DNA from: Flectonema sp. DT1601
Taxonomy: Eukaryota
Direction of reading: 5' to 3'
NCBI GenBank assembly: GCA_964019425.1
Contig: OZ025785.1
Span: 682,001-746,000 of the forward strand
DNA: 64,000 nucleotides
A program made the position numbers and the translations under genes. This document shows positions 11,218 to 22,784 of this stretch, one piece after another (positions within the stretch are counted from its first letter, which is position 1; each line of letters opens with the position of its first letter). The notes under the pieces are model-generated. The model had not been told where the DNA came from. It did not search any database and was given only the letters and a program-made list of their open reading frames with translations.

Positions 11218-13629
11218 ATGAGTGACTTTCTTCCTCCAGTCCTCACGGAGGCAACTAATCGTCAGCCTTCATTAAAACGAGGTAGTGGATCTCCAAAGGG
11301 ACCTGTATTATTTGAAGGAGAAGAGAGAGAAGATAAGAACACAAAGAGACATAGTCTAATGCCGGAAGCGATGTTTCAGTTGACAGAAGAAATTAGAAAA
11401 GAAGCTGAGAAGGCTGCGGCAGAAGAGAAACAATTTCCAGTCTTACCTGGAATGGACGTCGACCCAACAGAAGTAGATGACCCAATCAGATCCATGAGAG
11501 TATCTGAAATGCTTCAAGCTCTCGATAGAACTACTGAAGAGTTAATGGGGACAAGAGTTAGTAATGAAGAACTCATGGGTTTCTTAGAGATGGGTGAAAA
11601 GAGAATTGTAGATCTCGCTGTAAAAGTAAAACTTCTCGAAGATCAAAATGAAAAGATGGCAATCAGAGAAACAGATCAAAACTCTCAAATTGACGATCTA
11701 AAAACCAACCTCAACCAAGCACTAGAACTACGAGCCAAGTCTGATACCGAACTAGAAATGTCAAAAGTTGAGCTGAGCAACCGCGTTGACGAAGTTGATG
11801 ACCTTCGTTGTACTCTCGAAACAGTTCGACAAGAAAGGAATCGAGAATCGGAAGCCTCTTCAGATGTTCGCAGATCACTCGAACAAAAAGAAGAACAGTC
11901 TCGTAAAGACAAGGAAAAACTTGCTTCTGAACACAGAGTTTCGCTTCAAAACCACGACCGTGAAAGAAAGCGTCTTCAAGAACGTGCTGATGACTGGCAT
12001 CGCAAAGCAGACGGACATGCAAACAAAGGAAAACAATATGAGAAAGATATCAAAGACAAAACACGTGAAGCTGAAAAAGTCTCACAAGACCTCGCTTCGT
12101 TGCAGAGAACTCACAAAACTGGTATGCAAAAAATGGAAATCGAACTGTCGAACGGAAAATCTCACATCCAAGAGGAAATGACTCGTTTGTTCCATTGGCA
12201 AAAAGAACTCTCTGAACAGGCTGACAAGCTTAAAAAAGCAGACGGGAAACTAAGCAAGGAAAAGGATAACATTAAGAAAGCAATATGCGACTCTGTAAAA
12301 GAGATTCAACAACAACGAGATTCGGAACACCGACTGCTACTTGAAATAAAAGGACAGTACGAACACGAACTGACTGCACAATTCGACGCCAGACAACGAG
12401 AGCTAGATGAACATTGGAGACAAAAGGAAACTGTCGAACTTGAGCAACTTGAAGAAAGACGCAGCGCCTTGGACGCAGAATTAGCAGCCAAAACACAAAA
12501 AGCTACTGAAAACCGTCAACGTTTAGAACGATACTCAAAAAACTTAGAAGGATACGGTCGTCGTTTAAAAGCCGAATATGAAAGTTGGCAACGTGAAAAG
12601 ACTCAAGTCTATCAAGTACTGGACGAAGCCCAACAAGAAAGAGAAGAAGTTGAAGCTACTCTAAAACAGCAAATAACAGATCTGACAGCTACTGTACAAG
12701 ACTACCATATTCAAATTGAAGGTAAGAAATCAGCAATAGAGACGTTAACTAAAAAGATTCAAGAGACTACAGCAGAAGCAAAACAATTAAAACACGACCT
12801 CGATATCGTAATCCAAAGAGAGAGAGATGCTGAAGACCGTATCGATGAATTATCAGGTGAGAATGGTCGTCTCATAGACGACAACAGCACCCTTGAAAGA
12901 AATTTCAACGAATTAAAACTAGAACACGATCAGCTTCTTGAAGAAATGACTTACATGCGTTCACGTGAAGAAGAAGAACGAGAACTGAGAAGAAAAACAA
13001 ATGAAATGCTTCTAGCGAGCTATAAGATAAAGAACCCAGGAGGAAATATTATGATTCCAACTGGAAGTCACGGCAATCAATCCATAGATGAAATAGATCT
13101 CCTATGTTGGAAATGTCATTCACGAACATTAGAAGAAGAAGGTTCAGGTCTTTTAACCCGAACTCGTGAAGCGAGAAAACAGATGAGGAGCTTGACGACT
13201 GAGAGAAAAAAACTCCAAGCTGACAAAGATTTATTTCTTAAAGCTCACAAATTGGATGCTGATCGTCTAATAGATGAAACCATGACAATTCGAAAAGAAC
13301 GAGAACAACTCAAAAAAGACACTGAAGTTATGATCGCTGAGAGGAAGGCATTATCACCAGTTTCTCAAATAAAACCATCGCTGGCGTCATCAAATGCAGA
13401 CTTAGTCAGTGAATCGTGGGTTACTCTGGATGAAGAAAACATTATCGATCCAGACCTCAATCCGACTGAAATAACTGATGTGAAATTATTCGATGAACCT
13501 CTCGTTGATGCTTCTAGACGTCGTAAAAAAGATTTAATTTACTTAAAATCGATTTATGCGAATCAAAATAAACAACAACCGTCTTCACATAGAGCTAGTA
13601 CTGAAACAACAAAATCACATTTCTATTAG
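11218..13629 (+). CDS. Long coiled-coil protein (803 aa), function unknown
   Basis: Uninterrupted E/K/Q/L/R-rich heptad sequence; single CxxC (CWKC) near the C-terminus; probable 5'UTR intron at 11008-11196. Confidence 0.85.
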   Translation: MSDFLPPVLTEATNRQPSLKRGSGSPKGPVLFEGEEREDKNTKRHSLMPEAMFQLTEEIRKEAEKAAAEEKQFPVLPGMDVDPTEVDDPIRSMRVSEMLQALDRTTEELMGTRVSNEELMGFLEMGEKRIVDLAVKVKLLEDQNEKMAIRETDQNSQIDDLKTNLNQALELRAKSDTELEMSKVELSNRVDEVDDLRCTLETVRQERNRESEASSDVRRSLEQKEEQSRKDKEKLASEHRVSLQNHDRERKRLQERADDWHRKADGHANKGKQYEKDIKDKTREAEKVSQDLASLQRTHKTGMQKMEIELSNGKSHIQEEMTRLFHWQKELSEQADKLKKADGKLSKEKDNIKKAICDSVKEIQQQRDSEHRLLLEIKGQYEHELTAQFDARQRELDEHWRQKETVELEQLEERRSALDAELAAKTQKATENRQRLERYSKNLEGYGRRLKAEYESWQREKTQVYQVLDEAQQEREEVEATLKQQITDLTATVQDYHIQIEGKKSAIETLTKKIQETTAEAKQLKHDLDIVIQRERDAEDRIDELSGENGRLIDDNSTLERNFNELKLEHDQLLEEMTYMRSREEEERELRRKTNEMLLASYKIKNPGGNIMIPTGSHGNQSIDEIDLLCWKCHSRTLEEEGSGLLTRTREARKQMRSLTTERKKLQADKDLFLKAHKLDADRLIDETMTIRKEREQLKKDTEVMIAERKALSPVSQIKPSLASSNADLVSESWVTLDEENIIDPDLNPTEITDVKLFDEPLVDASRRRKKDLIYLKSIYANQNKQQPSSHRASTETTKSHFY

Positions 13630-13956
13630 TTTGAGGATTTTTTTTTTTTTTTTTTTTTTTGTTATTGTACCTTTGTTTTTATATTTAAAAAAAAAAAATC
13701 TAACCAAGTTTTTGACAGGTTTTATTTTGTATTGTCTTTAGTTATTATTTTTTTTAAAAAAAGATATGTTTTTTTTCATATTTATTTAACTTAACCAGCA
13801 CATAGGGAGAGATGATTCTTTTGAGAAGAAAACTCTTTTCTTGTTAACCTCAATTTGTTGATTTTATTTATCCAAATCCCCCCCCCCATCTCATTGTTTT
13901 CTGTGGATCTGTGCACCTGTCTTCTACTCAGCAACCCTACTTATTAAATAAACACG

Positions 13957-15495
13957 ATGAAAGAAGAACTTAGAAAGCTGATCTCATGCTCAACTAAAGC
14001 AGATCAGAATCAATCTCTGCGTACCTTATTATCAATGCAATATGATGGTATCGCTGTCAGGGATGTTCTTGAAGAATGTAAAGATGAGAAAGAAAGACAG
14101 GCGATAAGAAAATACACTCAACACACAACAGTGAAGGCATTCCACGAAGGGAAATACACTGTTGGGAATGAAGAACAAAAACTGATAACTTTGACTAAAA
14201 TGGAACTTCATGGAGGAGGGACTCAAACTTTTTCATATGATTCAGAAGTTGCGATTGGAGGATGTCGAAGATTCTCCGAAACCAAAATAAAATGCCAACT
14301 CCTAAAGCATGCCTTAGATTTACTAGATCCAGGACAGTCGGAATTGTTATCACTTTCTGACCAACGACCTCCAGGTTTTCTTAACATCGCTAACCCAACT
14401 CAACCTGGAGGTGATTATTCACGTGGAAAGGAAGGACCAGAAGAAGAATACTGCAGACGGACGAATATCTTTGCTGGGCTACACGATCCTCAAAAGAAGT
14501 ACTCAGGATATAAGAAATGGTCTTATCCTCTCTCTCAATATCAGGTAGTAGTGAGCTCAAGCGTGACAGCTATTAGAAATGGTTCAAAAGACGGTTACAA
14601 CTTTCGAACTCCATGTGGTCAGCTGGTCATTTTCTCAACACCTTTTCCACGAGTTGATAAAAAAGGAATGCAACCCCTCATGTCTTTCAATCGTTCTATG
14701 AGAATTTTATTAACCGTTTCTGCTAAGTATTCAGTTCAAACCCTGGTCATGCCATTTTTTCATACTGAAATTGAAGATGCGACAAGGGCATTGTATAATT
14801 TAATAACAAACGAGTCAAAATACAAAGGTCTGGTCCAGAGAATCATACTCGTACCTGAGAACAACACGATGTCTGTCAGGTTGGAAGAATTTTTAACGAA
14901 AAATTGCAACACCGGAGAGAAGGTTAAACAAAAACGAAGCATAGAACTGCCAACAAGAGATTCAGAGAGTAGCGGAGGTGGGTTGAAAAGACCTAAAAAC
15001 GATACAACTCAACGCCTCAACATGGCCAGTAGATATGCTGAAGCATTAAAGACTGACGACGGGAGTGATATTAGCATGGCGGATGAGATTGGATCTGAAA
15101 TAGAGATAGCAATGTTTAATTATTTTAAAGGGAACTTGAGTGGGAAATCATTCATGGGTCAGTTCAGAGAGATACTCATCGCATTGAAGTGTAAAGATAA
15201 CAAGACATTGAGGAGTAGAATACTATCACGTTCACTGATGGCAACGACACTTCCAATGATGTCAAGTAAATCATTTCTCAATCCAACACAACAATTAAAA
15301 CATCAATCGATAATCGAAGAAGTGACTGCTGATCTGACTGCTGGAACAACAACTGAAGTTGAGACCAGCATCTTTCTGTGCAGCAGATGTAAAAAACGTC
15401 GATGCACATACTACGAGTTACAAACTCGCAGTGGAGATGAACCGATGACTCAATTCGTTAGCTGTCTTAATTGTGGTAAGAAATGGACGTGTTGA
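13957..15495 (+). CDS. Microbial-type PARG-like macrodomain (DUF2263/TIGR02452) fused to TFIIS central domain and Zn ribbon
   Basis: N half: LNIANPTQPGGDYSRGKEGPEEEYCRRTNI and YPL....VVSSSVTAIR....GY.F match the TIGR02452 pattern. C-terminus CSRCKKRRCTYYELQTRSGDEPMTQFVSCLNCGKKW is the canonical TFIIS domain III; A.EIE.AMF..F and L....N..LR..IL match domain II. Confidence 0.85.
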   Translation: MKEELRKLISCSTKADQNQSLRTLLSMQYDGIAVRDVLEECKDEKERQAIRKYTQHTTVKAFHEGKYTVGNEEQKLITLTKMELHGGGTQTFSYDSEVAIGGCRRFSETKIKCQLLKHALDLLDPGQSELLSLSDQRPPGFLNIANPTQPGGDYSRGKEGPEEEYCRRTNIFAGLHDPQKKYSGYKKWSYPLSQYQVVVSSSVTAIRNGSKDGYNFRTPCGQLVIFSTPFPRVDKKGMQPLMSFNRSMRILLTVSAKYSVQTLVMPFFHTEIEDATRALYNLITNESKYKGLVQRIILVPENNTMSVRLEEFLTKNCNTGEKVKQKRSIELPTRDSESSGGGLKRPKNDTTQRLNMASRYAEALKTDDGSDISMADEIGSEIEIAMFNYFKGNLSGKSFMGQFREILIALKCKDNKTLRSRILSRSLMATTLPMMSSKSFLNPTQQLKHQSIIEEVTADLTAGTTTEVETSIFLCSRCKKRRCTYYELQTRSGDEPMTQFVSCLNCGKKWTC

Positions 15496-15789
15496 TAATC
15501 TACGCTACTGATTGATTGAAATCGCAACATAGACACCACCGCATTGGTAATAATGACATGTTATTAGAATCCCCACGGGAACCGTTACTGTTGTTCTAAC
15601 TTCAACCCCGACTGTCGGCTCTCGCACTGAAAGTGTTTCACAAAACAATTAAAGCACGGAAACAGCTACTTCTATTCTTCCTCCAATTCTCACTGTGAAC
15701 GTCACGAGACCTATTCGAATTCCACCCACGAGTCACAGCTGCATTGGTAATAAGAATTTAGAAGGATTCAAAAAAAAGATTTAAACCAC

Positions 15790-16090
15790 GAACCGATGAC
15801 TCAATTCGTTAGCTGTCTTAATTGTGGTAAGAAATGGACGTGTTGATAATCTACGCTACTGATTGATTGAAATCACAACATAGACACCACCTCAATAGTA
15901 AGAAAGACATGATATTCAAACACTCATCATTGTTACTAAGACACAGCTGCATGGATAAGGATTCGAAAAAAAGATTCAAACCGCACAACAAAGATTGAAA
16001 GTTGAGACCAGCATCATTCTATGTAGCAGACGTGATAATGATTGATGCGCGTACTACGAGTTGGACTCTCAATTGTGGTACGATGGATAG
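15790..16090 (+). repeat. Duplicated fragments of the 3' end of the TFIIS-fusion gene
   Basis: 15790-15891 is a near-exact copy of 15438-15540 (EPMTQFVSCLNCGKKWTC*, plus 3'UTR). About 16000-16090 is a decayed copy of the Zn-ribbon start (GTTGAGACCAGCATC...TACTACGAGTT...AATTGTGGTA). Confidence 0.85.
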
Positions 16091-16272
16091 AAGCTTAGTT
16101 TGCGGCGTTAAAAAAAAAAATTTTTTTTTTTCACCTTCAAAAAAGTAGAGAACACTCACTCAAACAGCTATTGATCACAGCGATAATAAAAAGAAATATC
16201 CCTTCGTATCACAGAAAAATAGTTACAAAAAAAAAATTTCTTTGTTTTTTTTTTTCCAGAAAAATAAAAAAT

Positions 16273-17819
16273 ATGGAACCATGTGGAGGTATCCTGGGCT
16301 GGCTGTCTCTACGCTACGCTGTTGATCGCCGAGTTCTATTATGGGTAGCAATATATCACGTAATTACATACATAAGTTGGAAATATTGGAATGATATGCC
16401 GTGGTTGGTCGCGTTGTTCATGATGGGAATGTGTTCCCTTTGGAGTTTTTTAGGAGCGACGATTACACATAATAGTATTCATGTTCCGCTGTTTAAAAGT
16501 GGGTTTATGAATTCATTATTTCAAATTGCTTTGACTTTGACGTACGGGTGGCCTGTGTCAGCGTTAGTCCCGGGACATAACCTCAGCCACCACAAATTTA
16601 CGAATACTCAAAAAGATGCAATGAGACCACAACGGATGCAATATTCTTGGAATTTTTTAAACTATTTAATGTTTCCAGCTGTGACCGCTGCTAACATTGC
16701 CGGAAGTGATAAAGCATACATGAAAGAACAAGCCAGATTGGATCGACCTATCTGGAGGCAATACATTGTCGAAGCCGTCGCATTTTGGGGTGTTCAAATC
16801 ATCCTGGCGATCGCAGATTGGAAACGTTGGGTTTGGATTATTGTACTTCCGCAGTTGTATGCGAAATATCAAATAATTGCGATGAATATATTACAACATG
16901 ATGGGTGTCCTGATCCGTTCACTGATTCAAAGAACCACTCTCGTAACTTCACAGGAACAATCGTTAATTATATGACTTTCAATAATGGATTACACACAAC
17001 TCATCATAACAATCCTGGTTGGCATTGGTATCGACTACCTGAAGAGCATTCAAAACTTGAAATGCATCCAAACCTGAACCAATCAAACATCCTCTTCTAC
17101 TTCTTCAAAGCACATATCTACCCTGGGATTAGACTAGATTATAAAGGTAATAAAGTATGTGGTCGTTCTTTTGTTCCCTTTGTGCTAACTTCTGGTTGAA
17201 GGATTGGGGCTTGGGGGAAAACCCTTTTTCCTTGATCTTTTGCTTGGAAGTACACTTGTCCGATTTCGGTTTCTCGCCGTTTCTGGTATGGACAGTTTCC
17301 CACTTTCTGTAGAACTTTGAACGAGCAATGGCTGTTTCTTTCTTGTACTCGTCTAAACGAGAGTTTCACTAGTTTCTGGTATCCGCAGACACTGTGAATG
17401 TATCACTACCTAATTATTATACTTTATATCGGTCTAACATATGCCCAGTGTAACATCGAGAGAAGGCGGCTAAAGCATCTTTCGGTTGTTATTATTAGTG
17501 TTGGGTTGTTACAGGTGGATATGGGCAAGGCTTTTCGCTTCGTCCCTCCATTCCACAATGCGGCATAGCAAAACAAAAGAATCGGCAAACTTCACTTTTT
17601 ACTTTTTTACTTCACACCTTTGTTTTTTGTTTGTGTGCAACCGGTACAAAAATCCTAATAAAGGAGAATTGCAGCAATTCTGTTTCTACCGAACGATAAG
17701 TTTTTGTAGATAAATAAAAAACACTAATCATCAACAAACCAAAACAGTACACAGCACCTCCACCCGGAGAAGACGTTGACTGGTATGATGGAACTTCGGA
17801 GACCTATTCGTCTATGTGA
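16273..17819 (+). CDS. Membrane fatty-acid desaturase family protein; exons 16273-17154 and 17748-17819
   Basis: Three His boxes HNSIH, HNLSHH and HTTHH, with NNG.H..HH..P..HW..LP..H, plus TM helices. A phase-0 intron GTATGT(17155)..CTAAT..CAG(17747) joins YKGNK to YTAPPPGEDVDWYDGTSETYSSM*. Confidence 0.88.
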
Positions 17820-18118
17820 AAACTGATTGGTAGGTCAACTTGGAACTGTTACGAACAAGAGGAATCCAACTGGTTAATTAAACCACAGCATGTCGCTTCA
17901 TCAGTGGCGTGTTACTTCTAAGACAACATAGAAAATCATATTTGTACCATGAAATGGGATTTTATGTAGGTATCACATTCCCGCAGGTTTATCTGCGTGT
18001 GAGAAAAAAAAAAAAAACCCCCGTTTCGAATTAAAAAAAAAAAATATCGTTACCAGTACTAAGGCTGTTCAAACACCGAATAGATGAACGTGCCTGACTT
18101 TCACGAATTTTTTTTTTT

Positions 18119-19772
18119 TGGAAATATTGGAATGATATGCCGTGGTTGGTCGCGTTGTTCATGATGGGAATGTGTTCCCTTTGGAGTTTTTTAGGAGCGA
18201 CGATTACACACAATAGTATTCATGTTCCGCTGTTTAAAAGTGGGTTCATGAATTCATTATTTCAAATTGCTTTGACTTTGACGTACGGGTGGCCTGTGTC
18301 AGCGTTAGTCCCGGGACATAACCTCAGCCACTACAAATTTACGAATACTCAAAAAGATGCAATGAGACCACAACGGATGCAATATTCTTGGAATTTTTTA
18401 AACTATTTAATGTTTCCAGCTGTGACCGCTGCTAACATTGCCGGAAGTGATAAAGCATACATGAAAGAACAAGCCAGATTGGATCGACCTATCTGGAGGC
18501 AATACATTGTCGAAGCCGTCGCATTTTGGGATGTTCAAATTAATAATGGATTACACACAACTCATCATAAAACTTGAAATGCATCCAAACCTGAACCAAT
18601 CAAACATCCTCTTCTACTTCTTCAAAGCTCATATCTACCCTGGGATTAGACTAGATTATAAAGGTAATAAAGTATGTGGTCGTTCTTTTGTTCCCTTTGT
18701 GCTAACTTCTGGTTGAAGGATTGGGGCTTGGGGGAAAACCCTTTTTCCTTGATCTTTGCTTGGAAGTACACTTGTCCGAATTCGTTTTCTCGCCGTTTCT
18801 GGTATTCAGTTTCCCACTCTGTTCCCTCAGTGAAAAGTAATGGCAAATAAAAGAAATAAGTAAAATCCCATAATAATTGCATTTCATCATCGTCATCATG
18901 TTGTCAATCAGAGTTTCCTTTACCGATGAAAGAAGAGACAAGACGTAATTTCTTTCTTTTTTTGTCTTCACACGAAAGCAGTCGAACTGTAAACAAAAAA
19001 AACACCAAAAAGAAAACGATTGAGATTGTTGAGAGGAGGTCATCAGTAAGTCGATACCAACCAACACAATCACATTGCGTCCTTCCCTCTCCATCCATCT
19101 TATCTTTGAAAGAAGACCGAAGAGAGGGATGAGACGCCAACAGGTTTACGCAAAACACGCGAACCGGAGAAACAGTTACTACCAATCCACAACAATACAT
19201 CAGATCAAAACAGGGTTAAGAATGGTATACAAACTAGCTAAAGAATGGTATACGAAACAAAGTAAAGAATGGTATAGCAATGGTTGTTTCATTCTTGTAC
19301 TCGTGTAAACGAGAGTTTCACTAGTTTCTGGTATCCGCAGACACTGTGAATGTATCACTACCTAATTATTATACTTTATATCGGTCTTACATATGCCCAG
19401 TGTAACATCGAGAGAAGGCGGCTAAAGCATCTTTCGGTTGTTATTATTAGTGTTGGGTTGTTACAGGTGGATATGGGCAAGGCTTTTCGCTTCGTCCCTC
19501 CATTCCACAATGCGGCATAGCAAAACAAAAGAATCGGCAAACTTCACTTTTTACTTTTTTTACTTCACACCTTTGTTTTTTGTTTGTGTGCAACCGGTAC
19601 AAAAATCCTAATAAAGGAGAATTGCAGCAATTCTGTTTCTACCGAACGATAAGTTTTTGTAGATAAATAAAAAACACTAATCATCAACAAACCAAAACAG
19701 TACACAGCACCTCCACCCGGAGAAGACGTTGACTGGTATGATGGAACTTCGGAGACCTATTCGTCTATGTGA
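18119..19772 (+). pseudogene. Tandem 5'-truncated desaturase pseudogene (duplicated block extends to ~20058)
   Basis: Near-identical to 16378-18100 but lacks the N-terminus. Has His-box-2 H->Y (HNLSHY), a ~180-nt in-frame deletion at ~18540, a ~44-nt frameshifting deletion at ~18570, and a ~450-nt inserted or replaced stretch in the intron. Confidence 0.9.
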
Positions 19773-20496
19773 AAACTGATTGGTAGGTCAACTTGGAACT
19801 GTTACGAACAAGAGGAATCCAACTGGTTAATTAAACCACAGCATGTCGCTTCATCAGTGGCGTGTTACTTCTAAGACAACATAGAAAATCATATTTGTAC
19901 CATGAAATGGGGTTTTATGTAGGTATCACATTCCCGCAGGTTTATCTGCGTGTGAGAAAAAAAAAAAAACCCCCCGTTTCGAATTTAAAAAAAAAAAAAA
20001 AATATCGTTACCAGTACTAAGGCTGTTCAACACCGAATAGATGAACGTGCTTGACTTTCTCAATTTTTTTTTTTTTTTTTTTTTTTTTGTCGAAAAAAAA
20101 TAAAAAAAGTAGTTTCATATTTTTTTCATTCACTGCTTTTTTATACGACTATCAAAAAATATATGGAAGGTTTTTCATCCGACGGTGTTTTAATTTTTTT
20201 TCTACTTTTAAAAATACAAACGCAGGGTGTTATCCATGAAAAGCAGTTGGATGAACCACAAATGCAGTTGACAAGCGAAGCTCAGGTTTGTGAATAATAT
20301 AAATGATAAAGTGGGCAGTCGAGAATCTTACATTACTTCTTCCTCCGCAGGGACGATCAGCAACCTTGTGTTCGGTCAGTTGTTTGGATTTTGATGTTCA
20401 CTCCATTGGAGCGCAAAACAAAACAAAAAGTATTGAGTAAATAATATTATTATTATGAAATTCTTCTTTTTTCAAGGTTGTCGTAGTTATCAGAAA

Positions 20497-21467
20497 ATGA
20501 CCATTACCCGCGCCGGACCCCCTGCATCCCAGTCCAAGTTGTTCGGAACTGGAACCGCAACTGAGGTTGTGGAGGTTGATGCGAGAGGCGTATGTGTCTT
20601 TTTCATTTTGTATTCGTTGAAATTATTTCACAACACTATCACTAACAGACCTGGGGACGCAATTTAAAGACCGTTGAAACCGCGAAAGACAAAGAAGAAG
20701 GTCTTAGATGCCGTGCCAAGGGAAAGAGAGGAGGTGAGACTGGTAAAGGAAACACCAGCACGTTTACCTTCGATACTGATGTATGTGTTGGGATTTTATT
20801 TAATTTTTTTATTATGCTAACGGAAATTATCTCATCAATACAAAACTAAACAGGGTCAGCCACCAGTTTCTCCATCCCGCAGAGAATACTCCTTCAAGCC
20901 TTCAAACAGAAACCCCCTCATGGCAGGTCAGATGGAGGTATCTTATTTTGTTTATTTATAATAATTATTAAAGTCTTTTTTTTTTAAAGTCAAAAAACAA
21001 AAATAAAAAAACAACAACAGGCTGCTTCCTCCCGCCCAGGTAAATTTAAGGCATCTGCTCCAGTAGACAGAGTTCTCCCAAAGACTCATAAGGTTGTTAA
21101 TCTTCCAAAAAGAGATGGATGTCTTCACGCTAAGGGAGAGAACGCATATACAGTATTGGCTGGAGCTGGAGATAAATCAGGTGACTCTCTGCAGGGAAGA
21201 AAGTGTTTTGGTAAATTCAATCAAGAAACTATTCCTCCTGTCGAAAAACCAAGCGGTAAGGGTGGAAGACAAGACTTTCATAAAACCGATCCGTGGAAAT
21301 ATGAGAAAGTGTACGACACCTCATACACAGCATCAACTGAAACCCACCCACAGAGATTCGGAAACACACCTGTATACGCAAGAAAGACTCACTCTTTTGA
21401 AAATGCTCCTAGGGGACCACGTTACCCAAACTACAAAATCAACCCGCCATTTAGCGTCGATGCATAG
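20497..21467 (+). CDS. Four-exon hypothetical protein (~251 aa, basic, G/P/T-rich); exons 20497-20589, 20649-20780, 20854-20937, 21021-21467
   Basis: Three short phase-0 GT-AG introns (GTATGT..CTAACAG, GTATGT..AAACAG, GTATCT..CAACAG) splice into one open frame, MTITRAGPPASQ...PPFSVDA*. The ORF track shows only fragments of this gene. Confidence 0.8.
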
Positions 21468-22784
21468 TTAATTTTTTTTTTTTATCTTTTCGTTCTTTTT
21501 TTTTTGTATTCAATTTGTAGTACTTTGTGTGGTGAATTCCTTTATCTAGTTCGTATTTTTTAAAAAAAAAAAAAATTAAAAAAAAGTGTTTTCTTCCCGC
21601 TGCCCCACCCCTGAAACACAACTTTAAGTTGTGCTTTTTTTTTTGTCCCCCGCAACCAGTCATTGCTTTGTGCGAATTTTGCCCATGTCCAGGGGAGAGT
21701 CCAATTCTCTTTGCAGGTCATCAGCTTCCGAGATCCGTTGTGGACATGACATGAAATGGAAAAAAAAAAAGGAACTCCTTTTTTCTTTTTATAATTTTTT
21801 TTTTTTTTTTTTAAATCCTTACTAATCATTATTACTTTATACTTGTTGACGGGTAGTCAGCGGTGGAAAAAAAAAAAAAAAAAAAAGAATGGGAAACAAA
21901 AAAAAAAAGGAGAAAACTATATAAAAAAGAGGGGAAGTAAATAAAAACGACAACAAACTAGTACCCTTGGCTCATTTCACATGAATATGAATTTCGATTT
22001 TTTTCCCCCTTTTTTTTTCTTAAATTATGTATATGCACATGCGTGTAAGTATTAAGTCTTCCGATGCCACATATGTTGTGTATTTTTTGTGGGATGAAAA
22101 AAAAAAAAAAAAAAATATATCAATCTTCTCACTGACCAACAGATCGTCTGTTGGTCTCTTACATACGTGGTAATTTGTGTGAAGGACAGTTGTTGGCAGG
22201 CAGTGCTACTTCCCCCCCATTTTTTTTTTTTTTTTTTGTTTTTGTTTTTTGCACTCTCTCTTAAAAAGGAATTCCGTGTCACTTTCCTGCTTTTTTTATC
22301 GTACCGTGTAAAAATATTTTTCTGATACAAGAGAAATATCTGCGGGGGAGTGCATTGGGAGCTATATTGAAGGGTTGCAGGAAAATATTTCACGTCCGAA
22401 CGACCATTTTTGACAAAGCAAGTCATCATCATAGGGGGAAATGAAATAAATAAAAAAAAAAAACGACAGGGGAAGAAAAAAAAAAAAAAAGAAAAAAAAG
22501 AAAAGAAAAACAGTACCAGGCACGACGAGGTCTGCAGAGGCAATCAAAGTCACCCAAAACCTATTTTGTTTTGTACCCCGTATTCCGTTTGATTGCTTCT
22601 CGCTTTATTCGTAGTCACCCTCCCAACCCCTGCCACGTTCAAAAAAAAGTTTCAAGTCCTTCAATGGACAACAACTGTGACTACTATCGTGAGATCGTTA
22701 TCTGGTATATTATTTATAAACAGGAGAAAAACCGAATGCTTTGTATTTTTTCATAAATAAATAATCCTCACACATTTCAGGTAA

